Source: Octopus sinensis
Taxonomy: Eukaryota
Length of the DNA: 64,000 nucleotides
Assembly: GCF_006345805.1 (NCBI RefSeq)
Contig: NC_043008.1
Coordinates: 3,410,001 to 3,474,000 of the forward strand
Direction: 5' to 3'
Shown: positions 39,176-54,335 of the stretch, one piece after another
Numbering within the stretch: position 1 is the first letter of the stretch
How the letters are laid out: each line of letters starts with the position of its first letter
Made by a program: the position numbers and the translations under genes
Notes under the pieces: model-generated
Database searches by the model: none
Told to the model about the DNA's origin: nothing
Seen by the model: only the letters and a program-made list of their open reading frames with translations

Positions 39176-39530
39176 TTAACTACGCCTCTGATATTTAATT
39201 CCACTGGTGAAAAAATCTTTTGGTTTTGGTGAGAAGAAGGAAGAGAGGTCAGTTTCTACCTCTGCGGGGCTTTTAAACTCTAATCCCTTCAAATGATTCT
39301 GTGCGCTTCGATACAATCGGTAATCAAAATGAGCGAAGTCCGAAAAATATCGTGAGTGAGAGATTTTTTCGCAGCCAAGTACTTCGGTGCAAATTTGTGC
39401 AGAGTAGGGCTTATCATGATGCATCACCACTTCATTACAAGTTGCCAAAGCTGGCCTATTTTTCTTCAAACAACATGCAATCGCTCTAATTGAGCATGTG
39501 AAGGGTAGAAGAGACATACAACATTGTAGA
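39176..39530 (-). mobile_element. mariner transposase C-terminal remnant
   Basis: [58 protein letters not shown] matches the HHDNARPH and HPPYSPDLAPSDY motifs. Confidence 0.85.
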
Positions 39531-41884
39531 GCAACGTATATGAACATACTTCCCTGGGGTGTATTCAGCTTTTCTAAATTGTCTGGAATCCACATTCTCT
39601 CAGCAATGACATCTATTTGATATCACTAAGATTTTCTACTGAATAATAAAAGGAGAAAGGATACATTACATCTACGTGTCTCAATTTGCACAGGAATGAT
39701 ACGTAATGTAAAACCGCAACACCATTCTCTAGTCATAGCATAATGATAATCAGGAAGGTCAGGACTGGCCTTACACTCTTTCTGAGATTTGGAAACCGAC
39801 TGAAATATCTTGAAAGTGTGTCTCTTTAAACAGTTTTTATCTGACTCTAAAAGCTGAAGACTGTCTGAGTAAGATCTGAGAAATAATCTTATACTTCCGC
39901 TGTGATGTCAGTTAGAGAGTCCACAACTGATTCATTATATCAGTAAACATCAGATCTTGTATCTGTTCATCACTTTAGAAACGGAGGTAGAATCTAACTC
40001 TTCTTTAGGAAATGTAAGAATAGGCTTCAAGAAATCCACGAACCTCCTGAAAACATTATTGGTTGATAGCCATCTCATAATGCAATCGATGCGTCACTGA
40101 TTTTATTTTTAAGTTCCAGTTCGTCAATAATATTTCTGAATTACAGCTGGGTCTTCTCTTATAAACGTACAGAACTCACAATTTTTAAGCCAGTTTTCAT
40201 AGCCTATTCATACTTGGATTATCTGACCATCAAGTGTTCATTCTCAATAATTCAATGACAGAGAGAAACCCTTGAAAGCTAAAATCACTCTTCATATGTG
40301 AAATAATTAATCCTGCTACCACTGTAGGAACCCACATTTTATGTAACAGACAATTTATTCAATGGAACATCAGTATTTTTTATGCCAACACTGCGAGGTA
40401 TTTCATTTAATTCCACGTCTCTTCTGTCACAATTACGTCAAACAAATATAACGCACAAAGGCAGCCAGTTTTGGAGTCGTCAATCATTAAACAGATTAAA
40501 AGAAAATCTTCTAAACGATTTTACACTTTTCTTGCAGTATCGGCACCAGTCTGACAGACACACCTCTTCAGAGTCGTCGTGCGAAACAGGTGTTTGCGCT
40601 ATTAATCGCTGAAGTTTGGTGTTATTTGGATCTAAAAGTGCAACATCGTCAGCAATATTTATCTTAAGATATTCACTATCAAAATATGAGCGTTCAGCAC
40701 AAATAATATCGCATGATATATAAGAAAACTGGCTTTAGTCGTTGCATCGTCTTTCTTGCTTCACTTTGTCAACAATGTCTGCTGGCTACTTTAGCGATGA
40801 TTTCGGCACAGTTAACTTCTGATTTAGGTGAATAATCATGCGAAAATTTATTGTGATTTTGTTTCATAGGAGCGTTTAAGTAGGTTTGTAATCACTAACT
40901 GACATAAGGTAGATAAGGCACAAACGTTTACATCCTTTAGCGGTGAATGCAAAGCCTTCCGCCCACTCCGGCTTAACGTTTTTGTTTTCATGGTCATATT
41001 TCAGAGTCTTACAATTTCATGATGCTACCTTCCAACGCAAAGTTTTCCAAGACACTTGTAAACAAATCTTGAAACCAAATTCTAATTCTAGCAACCAGCT
41101 TACACTACACAACCTTAATGTACATACAAAGAAAGCGGCTCGAGATAAACACAAAGAGCTATCTGTGACGAGTATCACTCCCTCACACACACACAACTTC
41201 TTAATATTAGTCCATGAGCTCAATTTTCTGATATGCTTCTGTAAACCTTGTTGACCTAAAATTTCATTATTCGTTTCGCTTGCCACCATTCCTATCGTCT
41301 GCACCAAAGAACGATGCCTCGTACAGATCTAGAGTTATCGTATAGAAAGGTTACCGTTGCTCATTGCTCTAACAGAGGACTGGAGCGCCAACAAGAAATA
41401 AACTAATACAAATTGTTGTTTTAATAAACTATATCAATATTATTCAAAGGAGTTAATTGCACAATGGCAGTAGTGAAAACAGTTATGTAGAAAGTAGTGG
41501 AAGTTTTCATTTGTTGTCACTTTTAGGCGTATGTGTCACACCGTATTGTGCTTTGATGGAATCTGTTAAAAATAACAACCCACATGCAAACGACAAATCC
41601 TCATATACATGTTTGTATCAATCTGGTTACAGCTTGAATGAGAGTCGTAGTGGCGGAAATGTAAAGATTTATCATCAATTTATATTTAGGTTTATTTGAA
41701 ATAATGGTGGAACAACGTTCCCTCTTCCAGCAAAGATAAGAAAAGATGTTTCCTCCGCATCACACTGTTGACAGTTCATGCCCAATAAATACTTATAAAG
41801 ATAAATTCTCTTATTAACTATGATAAGAAAAGGTCAGCCAACTTATTTCCACAAACCACATAGATTAATGGCCAAAGAGCTGCG

Positions 41885-42075
41885 TACTGGTTTCACATTT
41901 CGGCTCAAGGCCAGCAATTTTAGGGGATGGTTAAGTCGGTTATATCGCCTTATTTAATCCAGTGTGAAAGGATTAAAGGCAAATTTAACAACAGCAGGAT
42001 TTGGAATTAAAAGCTAAAAACAAGGGAAATGCCGCTAATCAATTTGCCCAGCCTGCTAACGATTCTCACAGCTCA
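41885..42075 (-). mobile_element. Family A SINE, decayed (another at 44470-44675 +)
   Basis: TGGTTTCACATTTCGGCTCAAGGCCAGCAATTTT..CCTGCTAACGATTCT..CAGCTCAC is the reverse complement of the family A consensus seen in this window. Confidence 0.7.
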
Positions 42076-43072
42076 CATATTAACAAAGAGTCGCATGCGG
42101 CTCGTGAGCCTCCTTTATATGTGTTCTATATGTACGTATATATGTGTGTATTTATGTACATGTATATGTAATACACGATAGCTGAAATGTCATCGCTTTA
42201 CTGTTCTCTTTATGTGGTCCTACTAAATACTTACATTTTATTTTTTCCCAGATGTGGTATGGATGAGTGTCTCTTGAAACAGTTGATGAGAATCCTTACC
42301 AACGCCTTTCATACATGCTTTCATTCCGTCATGGAATTTTGTATTTAGAGTTTGTCTCGTTTTCCTTCTTGCTTGCCGCCAACCCTTGTATTGAACACAT
42401 AAAGGAGACGTTAATAGAAATGTTAAAAATTAAGTAATGCCTATTTCTGTAAACAGAGAATTAATTTTTCCGAACAAATGTTCCACACGTAGCTTCACAG
42501 GTTCTTTTTTTCTCCGAGAATGACGTCTACGCAAAGATCAGCGATCTCTTACTCCCAGCAGTTGGATGTCCGTTGATTCGACTCCTTTCCTACACCCTTT
42601 CATAAGCTTTTGTTTTGGGCCCTAAAGGGTCACCAGTGGAAATCTTACTCGTCCCCAAGCAGGCTTAGTAGGGTTGCACATTTAGTCCCGGACGGCTTAA
42701 GCATGCAACAAGTTGTACTCGCTTACACGTTACAAATAACTCTAAGAGTGAACTTGTTCAGGATCAAGTCCAAACTGGAGCAATTCGTGATTTAAGTGTA
42801 ATATTATCTCCTGTCAAATTACAAGATTGTGTTAGATGCACTTTTACTTTATTTCCTAACTTACGAAAATTTTCGACCAACAATTGTGACCTGGTCGCTG
42901 ATACAGTTCCGCCAACCGTCATGTACATGGAGCTGTGTCAGTTGCACACACGTTATAGATATATGTGTATATATATACGGAAGTGCACATATATACATAC
43001 AGAAGTGCACGCATACACATGTAAGCGCGCACAAAATATTTACAGATAGACAGATAGATAGAAATATAGATT

Positions 43073-43126
<54 letters not shown>

Positions 43127-43155
43127 AAGATAGACAGACAGACAGATATATATAT

Positions 43156-43187
<32 letters not shown>

Positions 43188-43196
43188 GTAGGTAGA

Positions 43197-43227
<31 letters not shown>

Positions 43228-43247
43228 CAGACAGATATATAGATAGA

Positions 43248-43286
<39 letters not shown>

Positions 43287-43309
43287 TCAGACAGACAGAT
43301 ATATAGATT

Positions 43310-43372
<63 letters not shown>

Positions 43373-43594
43373 GGATAGATATGGATGGATTGATGGATAG
43401 ATAGATGGATAGCTGGATGGATCATCTTTTATACATATATGTACATACATATAAGTGTGTGTATGTGTGAGTGTACGTGTGTGTGTGTGTGTCTCCGTTT
43501 TATATGTATTCCACACGAAATTAAAATTATACATATTTCAGTAATGTACTAAAATACATTAGCTATTCTTAATTTTTCAAAGTTAATATATAAA

Positions 43595-43652
<58 letters not shown>

Positions 43653-43656
43653 CTGA

Positions 43657-43693
<37 letters not shown>

Positions 43694-44701
43694 CAGAAGA
43701 TCAGATCTAGACTTCGTCTCGTTATAGAATGATGTGTATATCTGTATAAAACTAGGTTTTGCTAAATGAAATGAAAAAAAGTAAAAACTTTTGCAATAAA
43801 ATTGCATAGAATAAAAAAAATACATTTTGATAACAAAAACGTACAAAATTACCACATATGCGACCTCACGAATATTTAAAAAGTATGAAAATAAACTGGC
43901 AACTATTTCCGTTTCCGAAGAAATTTTTTTCATTTGCAATGTCCTAAACAACTTGTCACGATGTATTGCTACCATTTCCGGAACCTATATATCAATGTTT
44001 TAGCTTTCTTTTTAATTTATTTTCGAAATTGTATTCTTCGAATAACATTTTACAGAGGGAAACATGCGTTCTTTGGTTGAAGTTAGCGCTGAAAACTTTA
44101 TGGAACTCCTGGCATATTGATTTGTATCACTCTTCGAAATGACTGACTGAGAGTCAAATCAGAATTCAACTTGAACAGAATGGCACGTGTTATCATTACG
44201 TTAACAAGATGTTATTGCTGTATGGAATTGTGTTTTATTTATATATTTTATCTCATCCTAAATTCCGAATACAGCACTTCAGTATTTAATTGACAATTAT
44301 TTTAGTCTCAAATTTAAGCTAGTGTTTTTTCTGGAAAAATAAAGCTATATATTTATTATTTTCCTTATTTCTTTCCTCTGTTTTCTTCCTCACAGATTAA
44401 ACCATGTTGTAACCTCGTAGTATATGTAGGTGTTTTTCTTTTATTATATATAATTCTTAATGCTTCGAGCAAGGAGAATCGTCAGCTCGTCGTACAGAAT
44501 ACTTAGCAGCATTGCGCCTGGATCTTTCCTTTCTGAATATAAATTCCACCATGGTCAACTTTGACTTTCATCCTTCTGCGGTTGATAAAACAAATACCAT
44601 TTGAACCCTGCGGTCGAAGTAGTCCACTTTCCTCCACCCCTAAAATTGCTATCATTGTGCGAAAATTGGAAAGTAATATGCATATATATAGAGAGAGAGA
44701 G

Positions 44702-44813
<112 letters not shown>

Positions 44814-46149
44814 CAAAAGCCGCAATGTCTTAGAATAAAGTATAGGTAACTATACATAATTTCATTGAAGAAAGTACTTGACGAATAATTATTTATTCCA
44901 CACCAGAAGGATAAAAGCAAAATAAACCAAGGACTGACATGAACTCAAATCTTAATGGAGCGTTTCTAAGTAGCTCAAGTAATTGTTTTGGGGTAACTAA
45001 CATTTCAGCCAAAGCTTCGTTTTTCGTCTTCATTCAATTGTATCAAATATTTCCTAATAGATGTCTGAAAACGGTCTTAAATATTAGATATTCGTAAAAT
45101 GTAAACCATGAAAACATGTCGACCAAAACCATGCAGGAGTCAATATTTAAGAGGAGTTCGGTTGGTTATCTCCACTGGCGTGCTGCAATTTATTCGGGAA
45201 AGTACATCTTGCATTGGAACGCAGATGGGGAAATGAAATGCAGATCATCTGAAAACCATCTCACGCCAACAATAAAGAAACCAATGAAAACTGAGTTGAC
45301 ATAGAAACAAGTGAAAACAGAACGCGCAAGACATTAAACGTTGCAATACTTCTTTGGAAAGGTTGTGTTGTGCGAGAAATACGTACCAGTCATCATCATG
45401 ATGAGGATCAAGATGATGACAACGATCATGACGATGAATCTATTATTTAACATAGGCAAATATTTTAGAGAAGAGAAATTCAATTATATTCTTACCCAAT
45501 GCCTCACTGGTACTCATGTAATCGATCCTGGATAGTTACCCGCATTTAAGCTCAATAAATATATATCTTCAATTACATTCTGACGAGGCCAGTGTAGGTT
45601 GCACAGCTAATATATGACCGATTGCCTTATTAAACTCTTACGCATTCCGGCTTCACATTGTACTGCCATTGTGCATTAACTCCTTTGAAGAATATTGATA
45701 TAAATCTTGTAAAATATATTTGGATAAAACGCATTTATTAATTCCTCAGTTTCTCCCCGAAGCTCGCTTATTTCCAGAGTCGGATGTGAGTTTGCCGTTT
45801 GTCGCAGTTCGGTTTCTTTAGTCATTAAGGTAAACGTCCACGGAGGGAACTGTTCATCCTTGATCGCTTTCAGATTTAGTTATTTCTTTAATTTTTCAAC
45901 TTACCATGTTTAGTGTTGGTTTTTACAGAGAACACATTCTGAATCTTAAATTTATTTGTTGTTTTTAAGAACTTTGTAAATACGTTTTCGCGTAGGTTTC
46001 TAGCTTTTTTTTAAACCACCTCCAGATGTTTCTTCGTATCTTAATTTAAGATACAGAGAACAGTTTCAATTGAATGTAACTGCATTCAGTCTTTTATTAC
46101 AATTTTACATTCTCTCAGTAGTCCAATTCCCAGGATATATTTCCGAAAT

Positions 46150-46500
46150 TCTTTCTGCGACTACAAATAACTCTCACTTTGGTATATAAGCGAAGCCACT
46201 TAAGTTTTCAACTGAAAATATGCTGCTTAGTTTATCAAAATACGGATCAGTAAACTTCTTAATGCTCGTAACATTCTTGATAAATGGATGGCAGGCATTC
46301 AGGGTTATTTTTCGTCTATTACAATTTTGAATAAGCCCATCTTTTCTTTAGAAAGCGAAATAGATAATGTTCTTTCCTCGGAATATAATTTGTTAAATTT
46401 GGCATAAATGATCTTGTGAGAATTTACTATGAATAGTATTTGATAGAAGAAAAAGGGGTGAAGTGATATTGTGAAAAGATTTTCAAAGGAATGAAGAAGG
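46150..46500 (-). mobile_element. Possible decayed PLE ORF fragment
   Basis: HPFFFYQILFIVN..NKLYSEE and NRRKITLNACHPFIKNV..HIFS weakly match PLE HPP.I.K....RLS.LSS.E and R.RNIIWFNPPFSKNV. Confidence 0.35.
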
Positions 46501-47050
46501 AATAAATGCATCAATTCTCGCAAGTCTCAAGAAATTATAAACGGGAAGTTGAATAAGTCACGTGGATTTCTTATTGCCAATCATCTTTGCTGGAAAATAG
46601 CCAGTCACAACGATTGATTAATTCTGCGATGTTATGTGCTGTCTTTCAGATACTCCATCTCATAAAAGCTGATAAAATAATGTTGTCACGATGCAACGCT
46701 TATAGCATGCTTCAGTAGATATTTGGTGCCCATTTGGATCACTTTCAGAAATTGCTGCCGAAATTTATATTCGATTCGAAGTTCAAAGCTAACGTGACAC
46801 AACCATTTCAATACTGTGTTCACAATACACACAACTAAATATGGCTACACATAAGCTATAATGTGCGAGGCATATTGTCCATGACACTGCAAGTCTAGTA
46901 CATGCAAATATGTCTTTTAATGTTTATATATATATATATATATATATATACTTATGTATATATATATAAATTTATTTGCGGTTTTGTGTGCATGTATATG
47001 CATGTATAATTTGACTATCATTGATATGTATGTGTGTGAATGTGTGTCTG

Positions 47051-47110
<60 letters not shown>

Positions 47111-47590
47111 TGTATGTATGTATGCATGTACATAAGCATGCAATCACACACAAATGTGTTTATATAAAGCTACGTATATATACGTGTATAAGTGTGTATT
47201 CACAGGCAGACGTAGACAGAAATATCATAATGGATGTTACTTGGTGGCTAATGAACCGGGCAAATATTTAAATACTGTTGATCGTTGTCAAGAAAAGTTA
47301 TTTTTAGGAAAACCAATGTGTGCATGTGTTTATGTGCATGGTATGAATGCATTGGTGTAATAACGTATGTATTCATGCGTGGTTTTATATATCTATATAC
47401 GTATATCGTGTAAGTAAGTATGTACGTATACTTATGTATATGTGCATGTACGTTTTTTGGTTATATTTTTTTTTTTTTTCTAACGGCAGATGAGTCGATC
47501 TTCAGCCCAGAAATATTTCCTTTTCGACTTTAGATGACATTGATTGCGCAGCTGTGTGCATGTGCAGGAATATGACTGTATGTACGCACT

Positions 47591-47810
47591 TACGCTGCAG
47601 TGATAAAAACTTCCTGGTTTTAGTTATAAGAAAATACAGGAGGTTCAGTTAATTGTGATCTTATTCAACATATCCCACCTCAGGTTTCTACATATATTGC
47701 ACCATTCTTTCAGCTTTTCTAAGCCCTCTAAAAGAACTTAAAATGTTGAACCTCCAACCTTACCTTTCGCGATATCCCTAAAACGAGGAACGTTTCAGCA
47801 ACCCTTCGTT
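47591..47810 (-). mobile_element. mariner-derived MITE
   Basis: Diverged TIRs TACGCTGCAGTGATAAAAACTTCCTGGTTTT and AAAACGAGGAACGTTTCAGCAACCCTTCGT. The interior keeps the decayed transposase tail ending GYVE*. Confidence 0.7.
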
Positions 47811-48930
47811 TGTGTGTTTCTATGTTGGTATGAGTGTATGTCTGTATTAATATATGTGTGTGTGTGTGTGTGTGTGCATGTGTGTGTGCGTGTGTGTGTG
47901 CGTATGTGTGTATGTGTGTGTATATGTACATATATATGACAACTTGTATACACGCATGCATAAAAACATATCTACATGTAAGTTCAGGTACCTTTGCAGC
48001 CATGTTTGCATGGTATTACTGTGTAAATCTCTTTTGAATAGTTATATTTATACACTCTAACGACTGAATTTCAGAAGCATTTTACATATAATCTGGTTCA
48101 ATTAATGGATTCTAATTATAATTTTCCAATTAACAGTGTTCTTTCTAGTTTTCTAAATCCCAATTTCTCGTGCTGCTTTTGAGTCAGGATAGTTGCAGAG
48201 TCATGTAACCTATTATGAAAAGCTAGTTTCTTAGATTATAATGCTTGCTTTGTAATTGCATATTCCTAATTAGAACACGTATCCCGTTACTTTTATACCA
48301 CTGAATGGTCGACAAAGTGGTTCGCCTACCATGCACGCATGCACATTTTTTCATTGTCCCAGATGCTTGGTGGACTGGTTGTTTTATACTCCACATATGC
48401 CATTAAAATTCGACCAGCATTTATTTTACATGTGAATATGCTCTCCGTAACATTGTAACCTCTTTAGTTTGATGGTAATGACAAAAGCACGATCCTTCCT
48501 ACGAAATGTAAAGCGGTTTGGTCACTACTTCCCACTATATTGATAAACATTATTGAGACATTCAGACAAATGGTTATGACATGGATCTTTTGTTTAATTA
48601 AAAACAAAGACAGTATCACTTGCCATACCTATGTATACCTCTAGTCTATTTGTGCTATGTATATTTTGTTGCTTTTTCTGTCCCTAAAATGGGAAAAGGT
48701 TACCATCAGAATGAAACGTAATATAAACTGTTGTTTATCCAAACGAGTTATTTATGCCATTCTATAGCTTTCTCACAACACATACATAACTTTGTGGTGC
48801 TTCCCATAAAGTCATTTGTATGTTGTTGTTTTTTGTTGCAATGATTTCTTTGTTATTGCAATACACCTGTGTAAATTCTCTGAGTGTTTACCTGTCATCA
48901 TCAGACTAGTAATACTTTTCGAACAGCTCC

Positions 48931-49330
48931 TTACATTACATTACATATCCCGTAGTCTAGCTGACCGTTGGGGGCACCACTGATGACTTTGCGACCAAAT
49001 CTCTCTACCTGTCGCTGCCTTCTGCCTCTCGCACTGGTCTCTCATCTTTTCACCTGTCCACCCACAGATGTTGTTTTCCCACCTCTATATTTCTCTGCTT
49101 CTGCGTCTGCTACCTGTGACTGTTCTCTGAAGGATTGTTTTTGCCATCCCTGACCAGCGGGTGACATACCCAAATCACCTGAGCTTGCGTTCCTTTATTG
49201 TGGTAACAAGTTCCTCATACTGCCTTATCGTCTGCTTTATTCTTCATTTCCTCATTGGTGCCACGATCTCTGTAGTATATTCACAGAAGTCACCTTATTT
49301 ACTCTTAGAATGCTAGTTGCCTCAGTATAC
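48931..49330 (-). mobile_element. RTE-clade LINE 3' end
   Basis: YRDRGTNEE..IKQTIRQYEELVTTIKERKLR*FGYVTRWSGMAKTILQRTVTGSRRRSR...RWENNICGWTG, then a (TGTAA)n tail. Confidence 0.88.
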
Positions 49331-49759
49331 AGATTCGATGTATGAATGTACCTTGATGCTTAATGAATGGTAGAATCTATCAGCATTCAAATGCTGTTTG
49401 AAGAGACATTATTTGAAGAGTGTCTCACTTTGTTTTCAAATTAAATAAAAGACGATAATCAATATCGATATGGATTTATCTTATTAGTAATTACTAGTTA
49501 TTGAGGTTTAGCATCAATGACTTGCTTCTCAGTGTTTGTACAAGTAGTTGTGCTGCCAGAGCGGTGCCTAACATTTCTACGTTTTAAAAATTTCGTGAAT
49601 CACTTCGAAATTCTTGGCCACATGTTCGCCAGCAAAATAAACTATTTTATTGCACAAAAGAACGAATGTTTCCATCAAATAATATAAAAAATATACTCGA
49701 GGAAAAACTTTATTTCGTCCACTCCAAGGGATGGAAGATTAAACACTCCAAAACCTAAT

Positions 49760-50337
49760 AATTTAAAGAAAAAGTTCGCAAAATGAAGAAAGAACCCATT
49801 TGATTTGGGAAGCTCTTCAGAGCTGCATCCATGCAAGCAAATGATGTGCATTTGATGGGATTGGACAGGGTTAATTCACTACGAAGACGTCTACGCGGTC
49901 AATGCAGAACTTTACGTGCAGAAAACACACAGATTCTAGCGAGGGAAACAGGCTGAAGTAAGATGAATGGTGTCACGTCTCTACGTTACTATTTTTTAAG
50001 GAAAATGGTATTCAAGTGCTTGGTTGAGAAATTCTTCTGTATCCAACGTATTCTCGAGATATAGCGACTTCAGATTGTCGTCATTGTCGATCGCGCTCCA
50101 ACAGACTAAAAGTGGTTTTGTCCTCCAACGACGTCGGGCTACAAATGGGTTTTGATGAATTCTTCTACTAAGACCCAATGGTTTCTACAAGCAATGCATT
50201 GACAAGCTACTGGAACGCTGGCAAAAAATAGTCTGAACAATAAGGGGAATATATTATTCATTCTATTGCAAAAAATATTGATGAAAAATAAGGATTAAAA
50301 TAAATTGTAAAAAACGAATATATCTGACAATCCAATA
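49760..50337 (+). mobile_element. mariner transposase remnant with 3' TIR
   Basis: ELHPCKQMMCI*WDWTGLIHYE, LG*EILLYPTYSRDIATSD and GFYKQCIDKLLERWQKIV. End sequence AAAAACGAATATATCTGACAATCCAATA. Confidence 0.85.
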
Positions 50338-51050
50338 TCACACACACATATACGTTTGTATATATATGTATATAGTCGCATATATGGAAGTGAGGTGTCT
50401 GCCTTAATATATGCATGCAATCATGAAATCTTATTTACATATTATAGATTTAAATATTTATGATTTTGTGCTTCGGAGTATATCCACACTGTGTACACGC
50501 GAATGCATATTGATAGCTGCATTTCAATTATGTATCTATATTTACGTTATATAAAATACCAATATCGTATCTTGTTGTATTAACATAATGTACGATATAC
50601 CAATATATAGATTTTTATAAACGGCAACGTTCTACATGTGTGTACTTATTAAGTATGCATTTTCCTAATTGGTTATACATGTATATACTTTCCTTTCATT
50701 TTCTGGGTGCTTTGTTTTTTTTTTCTTTTGTTTTCTTCTTCTATAGCTGATGTTACTCAAAATAGTATATTATCATAGATTTTACAGGGTTTTATACGTT
50801 GATGTATATCAACAGTCATTTCGTTATAGTTGTCTGTGCGAATAAATATATAAAACATATAGAAAAATTCCAGTTTCAAGAAATGTTAAGCTTTTAGTCT
50901 CAGGCAAAATGTTCGTAAAATGTTTGTAAATCTCGAAAGAAATAAATAACTTAATCCAAACAAACTTAAACAAACATCGATCCATTTACAAATGCAACCA
51001 AAAAAACTCTCATAGATAAGTAATAATTCCCAAACAAATACAAGACACAG

Positions 51051-51266
51051 TGGTTTCGATTTTTGACACAAGGCCAGCAATTTAGCGAGTTGGGACAAGT
51101 AGATTACATCAATCCCAGAGCTCTACTGGTACTTATTTTATCGACCTTGAAAGGGATGAAAGGTATAGTTCACCTCGGAAGGATTTGAACTTAGAACGCG
51201 ATGACGGACGAAATGCCGTTAATTAATTTGCCTGGCTTGCTAACGATTCTGTCACCTCGCCGCCTT
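51051..51266 (-). mobile_element. Full-length family A SINE (partial + copy at 51385-51480)
   Basis: Reverse complement reads AAGGCGGCGAGGTGACAGAATCGTTAGC..GTTCAAATCC..CCTTTCATCC..GGTCGATAAAATAAGTACCAG. Confidence 0.85.
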
Positions 51267-53184
51267 ACCAACATAAATTGATAGAAATTTTGTAACTTTA
51301 TGTAGACCGATACAGATATTTTCACAAACACAGTTAGATCTTCATTTGATTAACGTTTTATTTTGCAATATTGAACTTAACCTAATGCGCCGAGCTGGGG
51401 CAAGGGTTAGCACCCCGGACGAAATGCTGAGCGGCATCTCGTCCGTCTTCACGTTCTGAGTTCTAACTTCGTCAAGGACTGAAATAAAAGATAATAGATA
51501 CAGGCTGTACAAGTCGTCAAGTGTAATATGAAGAACCTCTCTGTATTATATATGTGTGTATGTATGTAAAAGCCTATATGCATTTATATGCATTTATAAG
51601 ACCTTGCCAATATTTCCACGAACTCAAGATACTGTGTATCATGAAGATATTCATTATGACACAATAGATATGCTTTCTCACAAGTAGGTTTCATGCTATA
51701 CAACTAATTTTCTTCCTACTCACGTGTACATAACATTACTTCATACCCAAGAACATATAAAAAGCTATTTGTATTCATGTATGTAGATAAGGGTTTTCGT
51801 AGTAATATATTTTCATAGCAAGTTTTCATGGGAAAATATTTATACAGATGCGCACAGGTGGAACATGTATTCAATGATACATATAGAACAAAAATATACA
51901 TATAAAGCATATGATAAAAAATACCTTCTAAGATTTCTCCTATAGCAGGTAATAATTCAGCGACACTAAGCTACATTTATGTGTGTTCAAAGATGAAGAA
52001 TTATTCTATCCAAGAAACGCATCATTTCTCCATATCTTACTTTTGTAAGAGAAACTCATGCACACAGACATGTTGCAACAAAAGTAATCACAAAGAAGGA
52101 CAATGCATGAACAGGAACAAAGCGCTTTGTATGCCGTTAGTCAACCTGCTGGAAATAGCAACCAACTATACTTGAAACTATACGTTCTGTCTTCAAACAC
52201 CACCGGGTCTATAAACGATAGTGGAGGAGAAAGTCCCACAACGATTTTTGCATTATGTTCTATACTAATCAAGTTATGATATTCTGCTAAATAGCCGGTA
52301 TGAATTGGAACGTCTATACTCATATGTATCGTATCGAGTGCGTTTTACACGAAACCTAAACATCCCCACTCACGTATATGTATGAAATATTCAAATATAT
52401 ATATAACTACTCAATTTTTACACTTTGAAATATGATCTAGATATCTATGGTGGTCATGAATATATAACAGTCATCACACGATTTTCCCTTTGTCCCAAGA
52501 CCACTTGAACACCAAATGATAGAGATTTCATACACCATTTATTACGAAGTCTTAAATTTTAAACACACGTTCTAAAATATAGATGAGACGAAATGCATTT
52601 ACCTTAGTCTCCCTTTCTGACCCCAAATTAGGGGCGAAAGCTTGATTTTACAAACGGAATAATGCTAGAAAACTAACCAGGCATCGTCTCTTTTCCATAA
52701 ATGTAACAAAACCTGCTTATCTCTTCATAATTTGGGCACCTGAAATAGAATTAAGAAATCTGAAATAGAAATTTACTCATACAACTGCACACTTCCACTT
52801 ACTACATTGTCCAAAAAAAAAATCACAGATACAATGCAGAAAATACGACAAAGCCGCCATAGAAAAAATGCCGCCAGAAGTCTCTCTTTCTATATATTAA
52901 CCTTATTAGAGTAATTAATTTAATTAATTAAATTAATTAATTTGCGCAATTTTTTGCGTATTTATAAATAAAGCGTTTTGAAAATTTGCCTTTTTTACAT
53001 GAAAAAAAAGGGGGAATAGTTATTAAGTTTGAGCTGATCAGATAAATCGGATTCCAGATTTAGGTTCAGAACGTTGGAAATATATTGAATTAAACTAACA
53101 AACTTTGACAGCAAAAATGACGCAGATGTTTAATAAATAGCAATTATATGTTCAGTGTGAACATTGAGATAGGCCACTGATGAA

Positions 53185-53500
53185 ATGTTGACGCATTTGA
53201 ACGAAGAATCCGGCTCCAGCCTTGCAGCATCTGTGCAAATCCTGGCGTCACAGTCTGTAACAGGGAGGAGAGAAAAATCATTCCATACAGGAGCCTGGCC
53301 GACTGCTATCACTTTCTTCCGATCACCGTCGAGACGTCAGGTGTTCTGCAAATCCGTACCACCGAATTCCTCAGCGAAATAGGGATAAAGGTGGCTTGCC
53401 GGGGACATGAGTCACGTGAGATGGAGTGACTACTACAATGAGTGTCCCTGGTCATTCCCCACGCAACGCCATCGTGGTCATTACCACGGGGTATGGTTGA
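53185..53500 (+). mobile_element. CRE-clade non-LTR retrotransposon, restriction-like endonuclease C-terminus
   Basis: A frame without ATG reads VDAFE..ANPGVTVCNREERKIIPYRSLADCYHFLPITVETSGVL..FLSEIG..E*LLQ*VSLVI..NA, matching E..K..KY..L...Y.F.P.AVET.G.....FL.E.G...L.QR.S..I.RGNA. Confidence 0.8.
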
Positions 53501-54127
53501 GTAACCCACTTGTTCTGAGATGCGAGAGCAGTCGCCCCTTCCACTCCATCCCCGCTGCTTACTCCCCCACCATGCACCTTTATTCTATTTTTCTTTTGTG
53601 TTTTCCTTTTTCTTTCTTTTCTTTCCTGTTTCTTTGAAATTAAATTTTCTAATAAAATGAAATAATGAAAACAAAGAATTCAAAGTGATCTGCAATTGAC
53701 AGTCCTGCAAATAAATGCCTTGTATGCATCTTACATATTCTTTGTTGTAGGTGTTCCTGTTGTTGTTGTTGTTTATGTGTAACCCCACTTTCAGTTTGAT
53801 ATAACAGACCTATAAGGTAAGGCTTTCCAAAGTATAAAAAATAATTCCTGGAGACGATTTGTTTGACTGAAAGCCTTCAAAGCGCTGCTCCTGCCTGGCC
53901 ACAATTCAATATCCGAAACAATCGTAAGACAAAAGATACACTGACTTAAGACTAAAATTTGTGACGACGGGGACGGCAGTTGATTTATATATCAGTCTCG
54001 AAATGTAATCAAGATGTAGAGTGGCGTAATCCGAATGAACAGGAACAGTAATCCGGAGGTACAAGAATTCCAGGAATTAGGTACTCCAAAGTCAGTCAGA
54101 AGGCCGGGTCCGTTGTGAGCGTGCGGT

Positions 54128-54335
54128 ATATAGTGAATCCAAACAAGAACAAGCAAGACAAAACAACAATGCGAGGACGTGGAATGAGTACAGTGTTATT
54201 GGACGCCCAGGAATGGAAAGGAAAGAAAGAGGATTTCACGTTTCGAGCGGAGCTCTTCATCAGAAATATAGAAAAAAGTCCAAAGAAGGGTAAACGGAGA
54301 AAGAAAATCGCCAATGATACACGCGCGGTTACATA
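54128..54335 (-). mobile_element. PLE pLTR fragment with hammerhead at 54233-54267
   Basis: ATTT-CTGATGA-A-GAGC-TCC-GCTC-GAAA-CG-TG-AAAT. The core is intact but the triplet is GUG. A possible decayed GIY-YIG (YVRIFRNNIKE) lies just upstream on the same strand. Confidence 0.8.
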
